This document shows positions 9,886 through 62,123 of a DNA stretch of 64,000 bases, in pieces (within the stretch, counting starts at the first letter, position 1; the number at the start of each line of letters is the position of its first letter). Source of the DNA: Balanoglossus misakiensis (Eukaryota; Animalia; Hemichordata); assembly GCA_040954595.2 (NCBI GenBank), contig CM082596.2, positions 6,212,791-6,276,790 on the forward strand, read 5' to 3'. The position numbers and the translations under genes are program-made. The notes beneath the pieces were generated by a model. It saw nothing but the letters and a program-made list of their open reading frames with translations. It did no database searches and had not been told where the DNA came from.

Positions 9886-12800
9886 GACTTTATATAATCA
9901 ATCACACGATTTTTTTATTACCATAATTATTATCAATACAAAGATATGTACAAAAACTACCTTATTATCAAAACTTGAATTGTTATGGGGTGAGAGTTTC
10001 CACGACACTCGCTTGTGGTCCCGCTGCAGTTCTTCATCCAGTTTTCTCTCAAAACTATTCACAGACTCTGTCATTCGAAGTTTGGGTAATTCCCTGTAAT
10101 AGTAACATATGAATTGAACATCTAAGAAAAGCTGGAAATGGAAAAATTATTTCTGTCCCACACAATGTACATGAACATGTACTTGAGGATACCACATTAA
10201 CAGAGCAAAAACATTGCAAATTTTGTTTTTAGTACTGAAAATGTGTACCTTACAGTTTGACAGATATATAATGCAGAGGTCTGTCTTAACTGCAGTCGCA
10301 GTGAGAGCCAAGCTTTGACCTACCAGCACTCACAGCCTACACTCGTGCAAATCGATCAGCAGACTCACAAACATTCCACACAACTCCATAAAACATTACA
10401 GCCATTAGAAATAGAATTAAGTACTACACAGAGCATTTATTGGTTTTTGCAATAACCAGTACAGTCGCTGCCCACCACCGAAGCCCCACAGTCATATCAC
10501 TCATACAGACATGTTGACTCTGCCAATACATACTCTAATACTTTGATCACACTGAAGGACTCTCTGATATTCAGTACAATTGAGACTGTGAGCAAACTTT
10601 GCACAGTTCAAAACATGGATAAATCAATATCTGTATTTGTTTAATGCATTACCAAGGTAAGGGCAACCACTTAGCTGTTCAAGCCCATAATTGGAATTCA
10701 AGTCTCTCAGTGTACGTTGTCTAAACATGTTTTCCTTCGATATAACATAATGTACAAATACAAAGAGACAGACTGTCTGCCCAGGTCTCTCAACGATAAT
10801 TACAGAATTATATGCTTGTCTTATGTACACACACAGTTGTACATGTGTAAATGTCTGACTACAGCTGTCTGAGTATGGCTGGGTTAGCACTTCATGGGCT
10901 AACCCACAGGTCATGGGTTGGCCCGAAGCTAACCAGAAACAGCTTTTTGTCCTGTGCTGCATCACTGTGTAACTGACATCTCTCCATTGTTATCAATTGT
11001 TTCTTGGACCTGGGAATTGTTTGCCTTGATTTGATGCCATATTCCGCCCAACTTACCCCCGGAATCTGTATCTGTACTCTACATCGCTGGAGCTTGCCAG
11101 CGGCGCCAGATGGGCACTCCTGAAGTTGGGCACCATTAAATTGCTGGCCCGGTGAAGTTGTGCTATCGTGTGTGGTGGCTGTAACATGTTTCTCCTGTGC
11201 CGCACATACTGTACGAGATGATTTGATCTGCGAATAATACACATGAGAGTTATAAATCACGTGTGATTTCAAAATTTATCCCTGTTTTGGGGTGGGGGGG
11301 GGGGGAACATGAATTGATTTCTTTAAGATGAGATGAGCAGATTTCTTGAAGATGGTGGTTAGATTAGCAAATCACAAATATCTTTAGTTTTCAAACCGAT
11401 TCAGGACAATTCTAAACATGGTAAATCATAATGCACCGTAGATTAAAATATTTCTTTAGACAGTTACTTGCAGTTCCGTGTTTAGAGAAGCAGTTTAGAC
11501 AAGAACGCCGTATCATGGACGAAGATCACCTTCAAAAATGTCCTTATCAGATCAGAAACATTCGAACATAATCCGTCTTTGTTTTGTGACGTTTGTCCAC
11601 CCACAAATTATCAGTCCATAAAACCAAGTTATGCCAGATTAATAGGTCTCCAAGTAGACAACTTAATCCTTCGCACATGACGGTATTTTTATCAGCGCCT
11701 GTACTTGCCAAAGTACAATATCGAACCTACTGTAAATCAATATAGCATGACCGCAGCTTCAACTTACAAATTTACACCAGGTTCTATCGACTATGAAATT
11801 AGGTTTTAAAATGGTATAATTTGCACCGCAATGATACTAATAATTTTTAACAGTAACTGAATGAATCTTCTGATATACTTCGGACAACGATTTATTCTCC
11901 GTGACTACATGAATACATGTACTTGTAAAAGACAGGAACGAATGTGTTTGTACATCCTCTTTCCGGGTCACTGGCAAATTTCAATCATGAAATATTCCTT
12001 CAGGCATAAAGACGCTGACCGCACAAGTACTACCAATATACATGTATGCCAGTTAACATAAACGTGCCCCTAGGGTCATCTGTATCAGCACGCCCCCCTG
12101 GTGTATTGATTGTATTGATTTTTGTCTTGGCAAACAGACGCCACTCTTCAGTTCCAACCCACAGACCTGTGACAAATTGACTGAAGCTCAGGTACACTGG
12201 GGATGTGAAATGTCCAGTACAGGAGATTTCATTTCAGCCTGAAATTTCATGGCAACTGTGCGTCACACTGCTTCTCCCTCTAAACCCTCAGGTGCAGTTT
12301 AACCTGCATTAGCGATAATGACTATGCCCCTGGGCAGGGAAATGGTGCGTCCAACCATGGTAACTGTGTTTATACATTCAGGAGTTCTTCTCTGAAAGTG
12401 GTAAACAAGTTTTAGTTGGGCTGATAACCACTCAAGATAGTGTTCAAATTGTCTTATAGTTGTATTAGGACATATTTGGTTTTGGAGGGATTGTCTGTCA
12501 GTTTAATAAGGAGATGAGAACTGCTAGAATATTCTAGAGACTCTCATACTGTCTCCTATTCGCAGGGGCATAACCCAATGTAAAGAGTTCACAGAATGGA
12601 CTTTTATTAACCACACAACCATGGTTTGAATCTTACCTTCTGGAATCGTCATCTATCTTGTAAAGCTCTTCCAACCTAAGTGTGGCTGGATTTACCATTG
12701 AGGTATTGCTGGCGGCCAAACTTGGCAGTCTGTAAGGTGTGAGTCCCGCACCAATTCTGTTGGTGATCTCCATCTCTTCTCTCTGATCCTCCTTGGAGGG

Positions 12801-15800
12801 CAGTATCGGTAGACTTTTACTGGTGGCAGCCCCCCTGCCCCTGTAGAACAGAGATATATAACAGTCAGAAAGTTTCTACTGGGAGCGAATGGACTGGTGA
12901 TGTGTTGAGATGAATGACTGGCTCTCTGAGTATCATAATGTGGTGTGGGAAATGTTTGTTATGGCATAGACAGCTTCTCCACTGTCCATGGTTATGGCTG
13001 GATTAACAACAGTATAGGCAGGTGTTAAAAATTACAAGTAGGTGGCTGGTGCACAGCACATTCCAACTGCAGCAGGAGGGTGTTCGTTTGGGATGGGGGT
13101 AGTTTCTATGCAACAGACATTTTATATAAGTACATGCACAGTACATAGTAATGTTTGTCCACATTTTCAGCACATATGCTCAAAACACATTATACATACT
13201 CATGACATGCTCATTCCAATACATGCCAGCAATAAAAATGTGCACAATTGTGTTTATTTCACTGTTAAAAGAAAAAAGAAAATCCAATCCACTTAAATTA
13301 CTGTGCCAATAGAATTTTAATCATACATAACAGTATTAGTGCAGATAAATCCAGTGTTGTACAATTCAATGGTTTAGCAAAGGTGCATACCTGAACACTA
13401 GCTACTAAAACATGCTTCTTAATCAAGGTATAGCGCTAAGCAAGCTAATACTGGATGCACAGTGTTTGTCATGCTACTGGGGGTTGCAATGGTAACTGTA
13501 ATCAGAGTCAGGCCGGTTGTGGACACACACACATTTCAGGTTAAACACCTATACACATGTAGGCATGCAGTACGATACAGGGGATTGTGTGGGCCTCACT
13601 TAACATGCCACTGCACGGATATATACAATACATTGAATGTGGTATTATTCCCATAGACGCTTTAGTCTAGGGTCAATCTCGCTACATTCATGTAACTGTC
13701 TACTGCCCTATGCCATTATGCCATGGGTGAAGTGCTTTTGTAGTTTTCATATTAAACGGGCATGGGATGTAACGTTTCCTTGTAATTTTTTTAAATGAAA
13801 CATTTTCAGTAATGCATTTCTTTAATTTTATATTGAGTAGGGGACGTTCAGAGCACCAATCTCAGTGCAATCGACTAGTGCACACGGAACTCAGTAAAGG
13901 AGAATTAAGTCATCCTTGGTTACTTGGCTATGAAGTCTTTATAATTCAGTGGTGCAATACTGAAGTGGCTGCAAGCAATCTATTAACAGGCAAGCTTAGC
14001 TCACGGAGGAAAGTTTAATTCCTTTCCATTCAGCATGAATTAGAAAGGTGATTTCCAGCACCAAAGAAAGGACCACTTGTGAGGTTTCTTGTGATGCAAA
14101 TGCGGTCGATGGCGAGGTATCGATTGATACTGTGTGGTTCTATCGGCATGCTTTTGTCTCGGCCGTGTATAGCAACCCTGAAGTATGCGTGGAACAGTCT
14201 ACTTGTAACACCTGACGTGGCAGGTTTCCAGACTGCACCATTGTTTGCGGGGTGAGATGGCAATCTGATGGTCGCGGTGTTGCGTGCGTCCATGGCTTTT
14301 AAATTCACGCCAGAATCAAGTATTGATTTTATGCGTTGTTTGTTAAGTACAATGAGGAAGTCATGGTAAAATTTCCATGAAATGAACAAGTGCAAATATC
14401 CTTTGCAACCTACCTAACAATTAAATTAACAATAATAATGTCCATCTATTAAAACTTTTAGTATGATTATTGGAAGGATTTCCCCTCAATGGGAAAGTTT
14501 GATTTGATAGCGATACATGAATCAAAATCTAGACTTATCCAACGGCAAGACAATATTTAACCCTTTCACCCCCAGTTCCCTCTTCAGAGGTCCAACCCTA
14601 CCATAGAAAACAATGGGTTTGGACCGAACCATGGTGGTGAAAGGGTTAAAAGTGTGACAGTTTGAGCAGTACATGCTGTGCATTGCACACACATGACACA
14701 AGGCTAAAGACATTAAGCATGCTGTAAGTCTGATACCTTAAGTGGTTAGTCTCCGACGGAACAGGAAATGTCACACTGTAGGTGAAATAGAGTCAATGAG
14801 AAAAAGACATGAAATGAGAACTGTTAGTGACAAAACAATCCACAACAAAACACACTACAAGTTTACGAACAAACAATGAATGTTTAAAGTGCATGCATTC
14901 GTTTTAAAAGGTGAAAAATTTATGCAGAAGACAATAAAATGTATACTTTGATGCTAAGGGACAGTGAACATGGATGTTTAACTATTTAGGTAGGACGTGT
15001 GAGAATACAGATGTTTGGAGACAGAGAATTTAAATAAGATATAATTAATCCTTATTTTTGTCTTAAAAATAATTTACTTCCGGTATTTGACAAAATACAT
15101 CCTAAAGTGCCAGGTGTAATTTATTTGGAAGTCAATTTCTTACATTACAAGGAGAATGTTCCAAATTTTCAAATCTAAATGCAATAAATTAATTGCTATA
15201 GGATATGTGTCTTGAAGGGTGAGGTGGGATGGGGGGGGGGGGGGGTACAAAATACACAACAAATTACAGTGACCTGACCAGTCAGCTCTGCATAGTGATG
15301 ATTGAGGTGCACACGAAAACAGGGCATTCTGCCTGTGAATGCATGCATCTGTACAGCTGGTGTACACATGGTGAAAGTTCTACCTGTGCGGATTGTGAGA
15401 AACCAGACACCTGTGAAACACTGAGGAAAACAGACCATTTAGGGGGATGACATGTACCTTCACAGGCAGTCAATATGCATGTACTGTCAAAGTTTTTCTG
15501 AAATTATTAATCATTGGTAACGATAATGTCACTGAGATATTATGCATGCGTTTTCATGCTCTGCGGTTGGTTTAGTCAAATTCACTTCAATTCAATGATT
15601 GACATACCCATCAACTTTCACTACATGTGTACACTGCTGTATCAGCTTTTTAAAAACTAAAAATCAAGCTGTGGCCTTTGGTGGACAACTGAGTCCCTCC
15701 ACAGTGTACCTTTTCACTGGTTTCCTTGGGTGGACTTGAATATCGACATGAATTGGAGGAAATCTGTTAGAAAATGAACAACAGCAATGAGAGAAGTATA

Positions 15801-17870
15801 CAGTACATGAAAACAGTGTTACAACCTTTACACCTTAAAGAAAGTGAGAGAATGTGGGTGTAACCCAGCCCCAGTAACCAATTCTTGCAAGGGGTAATGA
15901 TCACACATTGTACGTGTAGATGTATGGCAGTGTAATGTACATGTATGTGCACACATAGGTTAATTTCATACTCAACACAGTATGCTGTGTTGGCGCACAA
16001 TTTTGGACCCGTGCCATGTACAACGCACCTGAGGGCAATGAAAAACTGCACTCAGACGTGAGACAAGGAACAATACAATGGTCAGCAATGTAAAGTAGCT
16101 GATAAATAATTACAATATCAAATACTGGGGACCTTTTAATGTCAATTTGTACCTAATTTATTATGTAAACCCAGCTGAATTACTCACTAGATACATAAAT
16201 CATTCAGGGAATGCGTCTGAACATTTAAAATTCATGAATCCAGTGGTCGGGACAAAAAACCATGTATCTGGGGAACTGTCCACACATATGTGTTGAATTT
16301 CACATGGACATAGATCGTCATGTGCACTGAAGACCTGATGATTGTCTGTAGTCAATAAAACTGGTAGTTAGTGTATGTTATTGGGACACTTAAAAATATC
16401 CCTGTGCACACAATGAAGTGATTCGAGTGTTGACGGCTGAAAGGACACCATGGTAGAGGGCGATTGTTGTTGTAGACAAAGGGCTTTTAGAGATTCAAAG
16501 GGAGTCCAGGATACTTTACAGGATGATGCATTGGGTATCGAAGGTTATGCCCCGACTGTATTGCAAATATGGCCCCCACGTAAATGGGTAAACATCCTAA
16601 CCCTGTTTGCATTTATGGTAACATTCTAATCTTTGCGCTAGTAGCATATTTCAATTATTCAAAATGTTCTACCATCTTCTGCAGATATAATACACTTTTC
16701 CATTTTCCTGACCCCTTTCAGGTTGACCAGTTCACTACTTATATATAGCCACAATTTGGACAGATTGAGTATCACGTTGTACAATTTTCTCTTTGTCCGA
16801 AAAATCCAATATTCACAATTCAAAACCCTTCTAAGCTGAATTCAAATATATGTCTACCAATGCTCAAATAGAATTTCCTGCTAAATGGCCATCCTGGATG
16901 TCACACCACCTCCCTCCCCAGCCCGACCAAGAACGTAATCTCTCTCCTGTGCTCTCATGATTAAACCACTTCACAACCAGGATGTAGTTTATGTAACGAA
17001 TGATAAAATGAACAAGTACCGGTATAGTTGTTTGCTGGATATCACCATTTTGTGGTTACAATCAAAATACAAATGAATCTAATATTAACTGTTTGGTGAC
17101 AGTCTCAGCATGATCGAAGGGAAAATGTTGAAGAAAATAAGCGTACAGAAAAAAAAAAAACGTGTCGATTTCTGTCTCTTTGACATACCCCTGTAAATTT
17201 TATGGCCGATATAAACATTATGATGATGTCTCTTACAATAACATTGGCAGTTTAGACATTTCGCCGGCATTTTTGGACCAGGGCTTTCAAATGACTGTAC
17301 TGAACTTGTAACAATGTAACAAAAACTGCTTGAAATGTACATTTCATGGGAAAATTGCTCTGTCGGTTCCCATGATTATTGTGTCCCTGTAGGCCCACTA
17401 ACTGTGAGAAGAAATGTTGTGTTAAAAATGGAAATAAGGGTTTCTGAGCCTATATTTCGTAGTGTTTTGACGACAAAGTCGGGTTTCGCAAAACAACAGG
17501 CGTTGATATCGCTGATCAGCCGGTTGCGACAGCAGAAAACCGATCCTGTTCATATCGGATCGCGGATACAGACATCGATACCTCGTTGATTTCGGTTAAT
17601 GGGAACAGGTTTTGTTCGACTTGATCGAAGCGATCCGTTTTGAATACCCGTGTGACTGTCGGGACTTTATTTGGAGAACGATTCCCAGCTTTCTAAAACG
17701 CAGTTTCCGAGCGTATCAACCGGGAACGATGAAAGAGACGAGGCAGGTGATCACGAGTCGAGCTGATTACAGCGCATCGCATCGGGCCAACGGCGGCGCG
17801 TCAACATATGTACCCCGGTATCTTACCTGCTTTCACGTCGCAGTTCTAAAGACGACGTGGACTTCGGCAT
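9630..17870 (-). CDS. Uncharacterised 220-aa protein, 5 coding exons: complement(join(9630..9740,9961..10093,11057..11227,12637..12840,17827..17870))
   Basis: All four introns are GT-AG (donors GTAAGA, GTAAGA, GTAAGT, GTAGTT) with phases 2,2,2,0, giving one open frame MPKSTSSLELRRESRGRGAATSKSLPILPSKEDQREE...YRLPSLAASN...HLAPLASS...ELPKLRMTESVNSFERKLDEELQRDHKRVSWKLSP...FTIHCVAPTNWLRMKLKRQDTTLR*. The first exon lies in a CpG-rich promoter-like region. No domain recognised. Confidence 0.7.
9850..9885. repeat. (CAT)n microsatellite, intronic
   Basis: Read directly. Confidence 0.95.
14561..14645. mobile_element. 85-bp piggyBac-like MITE, copy 1
   Basis: TTAA on both sides (14557-14560, 14646-14649); TIR CCCTTTCACCCCCA / TGGTGGTGAAAGGG (13/14 match). 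Confidence 0.7.
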
Positions 17871-17964
17871 GATGACAGCTATCCGGGCGGCCAAAACATC
17901 TCAGAAATTATACCTTTAAACCAAATGAATCTACGTTAACCAAGCGATCGCCGTCTTCTTGCTT

Positions 17965-18040
17965 TAAACTTCCGCCATATTGGTCGTCACGTATCGCTAT
18001 GTGTGTTTATGTGTGTAAGCCGAGTGGGGTCACGTGACAG
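17965..18040. promoter_or_regulatory. Putative promoter of the - strand gene (possibly bidirectional)
   Basis: CpG-rich; ETS-like ACTTCCG (17968-17974) overlaps YY1-like CCGCCATATT (17972-17981); palindromic E-box GTCACGTGAC (18029-18038); ~100-170 bp upstream of the ATG at 17870. Confidence 0.5.
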
Positions 18041-18394
18041 ACAATAACAATACGCCGTGATAAATTTTTAATAAAGCGTGTCTTGGAAACTCTAAAAACA
18101 CCTGCATATAAACACTCTGGTGAAAAAAGTAGAACTGGTACCACACTGTCTTATATAACAAATATGTATCTTTGAAACATTGCCCAACAGTCACTTCACA
18201 AAAATTAACACAAGTTCGACAACTTCACCATGTTCATTTCACATGTGCCTGTGAAATAGTTTGTTTAGGGATAGGTCTGTTTCCCCATTAATATTAATAA
18301 AATTAGTCATGTAACATTTAAATATTTTCTTTACGTTATGTTTGTGTTATGAAATGACCACGATTTATTGACAGCAAAATAAAACGAAGATGTG

Positions 18395-19159
18395 ATGACG
18401 ATGGTATTACTTGAATTGAACTTTGAAATTGAACATAAAAACAAATTCTCTGGATTGTTTTTGCTGTCGCTGGCGGCGTGCTGCGCATATCCCGATTGGC
18501 CGCACATGGACTTATTTTTCCCGTCTCTCTCTGCAAATTATCCGCGACAGCAAGTATATTCTCACACGTACAATTCCCACTTCTTGTCGCCTTCCATGCT
18601 TCGCGTCACCGAAGTGTACAACCGAGAACGCTCTGGCGACTGGAGTAGGTAATGACTCCGTGGAAGAAAGACCACGATCAAAAGTCGATTGAACGCTTTA
18701 TCGACAACGCCGAAAAAATCGATGAGATAAACAAAAAAGCCGACAGCGCCAAAGAAGAAAACTGTTACTTAAGTTATAGATACTGCAAGTTCCCACTATG
18801 AACTGGGAATTGATTATCAATTACAGAGAAAAGGCTGATCGATTTTTTTGTATTATACTACTAATCCGCCGAAATCTAATTTACTTGGGTAAACTAGTAC
18901 TCTCCACGTCCATGGTTAGCTTGGTAGAGGTCGTTTCTCCCATATCATACTAGATCCCGAAGCATTTTTCATTAAAGGCTCGTCAAAATGATTTTTTTGT
19001 TCGATTCTACAGGTGGAAGGTTATATTAAAAGGCCGTACTGGATATTTGCGTGAACTTCATTCCTATTTTGAACTTGAAGTGACGCGGGAGCATGCTTGC
19101 GTTTCGGTACGTATTGTCTTGATTTGAAGGGGGAAAAGATGATGATGATGATGATGATC

Positions 19160-19231
<72 letters not shown>

Positions 19232-19446
19232 AACGAAAATTAAAAGGCAGCCCCTATGTTAACTGATTAGTCAAGTAAATAGCTTTTCAGAAACTCAATG
19301 AATAGCACATATGGGTGTGGCCCAATGCATAACATAATGCATCTCTACCATATTCGATAATTTTCCAGGTGATGGACGTATCTACGGGACGTACCAAGGA
19401 AAACAGACGAAACGTTTTGTATACAATTACCATGGACAACCACTAG
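18395..19446 (+). CDS. Tentative small, possibly secreted protein or pseudogene, join(18395..18648,19013..19106,19369..19446), 141 aa
   Basis: Hydrophobic stretch GLFLLSLAACCA|YPDWP resembles a signal peptide. Donor AG|GTAATG, acceptor TTCTACAG, donor TCG|GTACGT and acceptor TTTTCCAG chain in phase (2,0). No homology recognised. Confidence 0.3.
19138..19230. repeat. (GAT)n microsatellite
   Basis: Read directly; one interruption (GATCGAT). Confidence 0.95.
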
Positions 19447-21084
19447 CTACCGATGTCACAAGACAACTGCCGTGGATCACAGTTCATCTGAGGAAACGAC
19501 TGGCTTCACTTGTACATCTACGGAGGTGGAAAAAAGTGTCGGTAGGCGTACGTAGTATTTCTCTGAAGTTAAAATGCTTACCTCCTTGTCGTCTAACAGA
19601 GAGCTATGCGACATTTCAGGTTCACCGAATTTAGCGCGTTGCTAACATGGCAAAGTCTATCAGTGCTCAGAACTAATAATTTTTATGGCTTAATCAATAT
19701 ATTGTGGGGCGCCGTGGATTATTTTAGTGGGAAAACAGGGAATCACTGAAACAAACTTCTGGCAACCGGAAAATGTTGAAATATACGGACAATTCACCGT
19801 CATGAGATAAAAGCTAGGTACAAAAGTTCATGGATTTGCACTTTTGGGGGGAATAGTGCGTACTGCACGCAGACTCGCAATCAGCAAAACCGTGGTGCGT
19901 TTTTTGGACTTCTGGTAATCCGTTATAAGTTAGGCCTATACGCCATTCTGAAGACAGCGCTGCGGTGACAAGTCGAGTCTGAAATATGAATTGAAGACAC
20001 GAAGTTGACATAACTAGGCCTCGTGAAATTTTTTTTTCCAAAGACAGGTAAGATGCTTTCAGTCTATTTTTTTGATGAGTTGTCACTTCTTAAGTCCATG
20101 AATAGGAGAAACGTTTGAATAAAACCACTTTTTCGGAATATTTTGAATTAAATACTCACGCGAACCCCAGTGCTCTTTCTTATTTTATAAAAACAAAATC
20201 CTGTCTTCCAACAAGAGTTGAAGAGAGAGGTTACCACACCGAGATGGAGATCGTTATTGTTAGCAATAGCGCCACCATCCAAACACAATCAAAATATCTT
20301 TGTTTTTTTTCACCAGCAAGGACGTTACATGTACATGCCCCATGGCCCACTGGCAGTCACCAATGGAGGTGGAGATCCAGTCAGGCGCAGATTTTCACTT
20401 GGGTGGCCGAGCAAAAAGATACGTGAGTATATGCCAATCAGAGTTGGGTGGTTTTGGTGTTTGAGAGGATGGAAGACTTTGACACGCCCTTTTGATCATG
20501 TATGGGTGATGACGTTTAGATTTGTACGGTAGAGCAGTGATTCAAGAAATATTTTATGTACGGCAACCTTGTGTCGAGGTTAATGGGGAAACGCACGCTG
20601 TTAACGAAATATGGGCGTAACAAAAATAAAACGAACAGAATCGTTATAACCTTGGGGCGTTTTGAGCAACTTGCATTGGGCCAGTAATCAAAATCAAAGC
20701 ATCGTGTGTCCTTCAACGTTACAGATACGCAATAAACATTGCATAAACGATAAATGGATGAACGTAAGCACTTCCCGTTTGGGTGGATTATTTATTTATT
20801 TGTGCAGGCAATCATTAAGATAAGATTGTCGCTTGCTATAAATATTTACATTCCATGTTATTTCCCTGAGAGCGTTAACGTTTTACGTGAAGGAGATATC
20901 AACTTTACTTTTGAAATACTTTCACCGCATTACGAGAAACGTTTACAAAAGGCTTGCGTGTGACTTGCTTGCTAGCAGTGTTTTTTTTTTCAAGAACAAT
21001 GCCAAACTAAATAGTTGCGCTTTTTTGCAGAATTTCTCAAACAAAGTGGACTGGACTGAACTCAACTGGAGCGGAAAGAAATCG

Positions 21085-21155
21085 ATTTTGTGACGTAATG
21101 CCACAAACTTTTCCTTATTTACATGAATTATGCTAATGAGGAAGATGGCGCCCTC
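21085..21155 (+). promoter_or_regulatory. Putative promoter of the PFTAIRE kinase gene
   Basis: CRE-like TGACGTAA (21091-21098), octamer-like ATGCTAAT (21130-21137) and YY1-like AAGATGGCG (21142-21150), in a CpG-rich stretch just upstream of the first coding exon. Confidence 0.45.
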
Positions 21156-21263
21156 GATTCAAACGGGAACTTTATCGCAGTGTTGACAGTCCGTGTTCAT
21201 GTTCTCTGGACTTTTACCGTGGAAACTATTTATCGTCGACTGTGGAGCGATCGGAGGAGAGAT

Positions 21264-60822
<39,559 letters not shown>

Positions 60823-61971
60823 GTAAGTTTTCTCAGTTGAATTTAATTCAAATTTATGCAGATGTGAGTCATCAAGTTTGAGTCAGAGGTTGGTTAGTTA
60901 TCAACATTGATGACGGTGGTGATGAGTGCCGTGTTACAAATACAGTTTCTTGGTTTTGAGTTGTGGGTATAAAGGTAATTTGTGCGTGTAAACGCTGGTG
61001 AGGTTTTGCGAAATTTGTGCATTTCAGTCTCATTAGACTGTCCCATTTCTTGTTGGAACATTCTTCGCATAGATTGGAAGTCTGTACCCTGTTGAAACAC
61101 CTGCACACATGACACCCCTCGGAATAGCACTAACGTAGAATATTCCGCTTTTATGTGAATAGAAATGTGGGCCGTACCATTGTGAGCGCAGGGGTGAGAT
61201 GCTATTATCACATGTGTGATGATCATAAATCATTGTAGACATTGGTATGTCATTTATGTGTGACATATCAGATAATACCCGATATTGAGATGTCAACAGC
61301 CAAAACACAGTAACAATCGCTGGGATGAAATTGATAATATTAACTGTTGATGGTGCAATTTTATCCCCTTTCATCCCTAGATGCGATGGCTGATGGATTT
61401 TTATGTGGCTGTAATTGAAATATAAGTTTTCTGTTGTGTTTCGTGACACTATCAATCTCTCGCCGAGATAAACTCGTGAATAAGACCATTGTTGTGGTGT
61501 AATATATTTCATGTGATTTCATTCATCCACGGTATTGGCCGAGCGAGCGGTGGTCCTTTGCGATCTCAGAACAAACATTCCGCAATTGTATTGGCATAAA
61601 ATGGAGTGTCATCGCATCTCAAAGGCATATTGCCAACATTGTAAGATGTGTTATATAGAATTGCATACATTAATGTGTTAGAAAAACATCAGTGAATTTT
61701 TTTTTTAATATCTTTTATCCTGTCAAATTCAACTGGTCTGTCATACCGCGTATGCTATGCAGCGAGAATTGGCCTTCATGATAATAATAGATTGAGATGA
61801 GTAAAAACCATTTCTAGCACAACTTAAGTCACTTGACAAACAAAGACATTCCTCTAAATAATATGTAGTCTTAGATTAAAACGAAACTGTTTTTGATATT
61901 CCAGATTTGACAGTACCATTATTATAATCAAATTGAATTCCCTGTATTCATTCCTTTTTTTGGTTTCCAAG

Positions 61972-62123
61972 GAGACCGATGTCTTAATATTTTTACAATT
62001 TACATTCTAAGTCACGAGATGGAGAAGAAAACAGTGTTGGTTTCCATGACAACAGACTGCGCGACTCCCACACAGCACACCGCGATGCCGCCTTCCTCTG
62101 AAATGACCTTTAGAAAATCATAA
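61972..62123 (+). CDS. Candidate terminal coding exon of CDK14 (tentative)
   Basis: Acceptor TTCCTTTTTTTGGTTTCCAAG; phase-1-compatible open frame (R)DRCLNIFTIYILSHEMEKK...TFRKS*. NIFTI loosely resembles the SIFTV tail of CDK14. The true exon may lie beyond the window. Confidence 0.25.

Noticed and set aside
14030-14395. 121-aa - strand ORF in intron 1 of the orphan gene
   Set aside because: No homology recognised and no convincing splice sites linking it into the exon chain.
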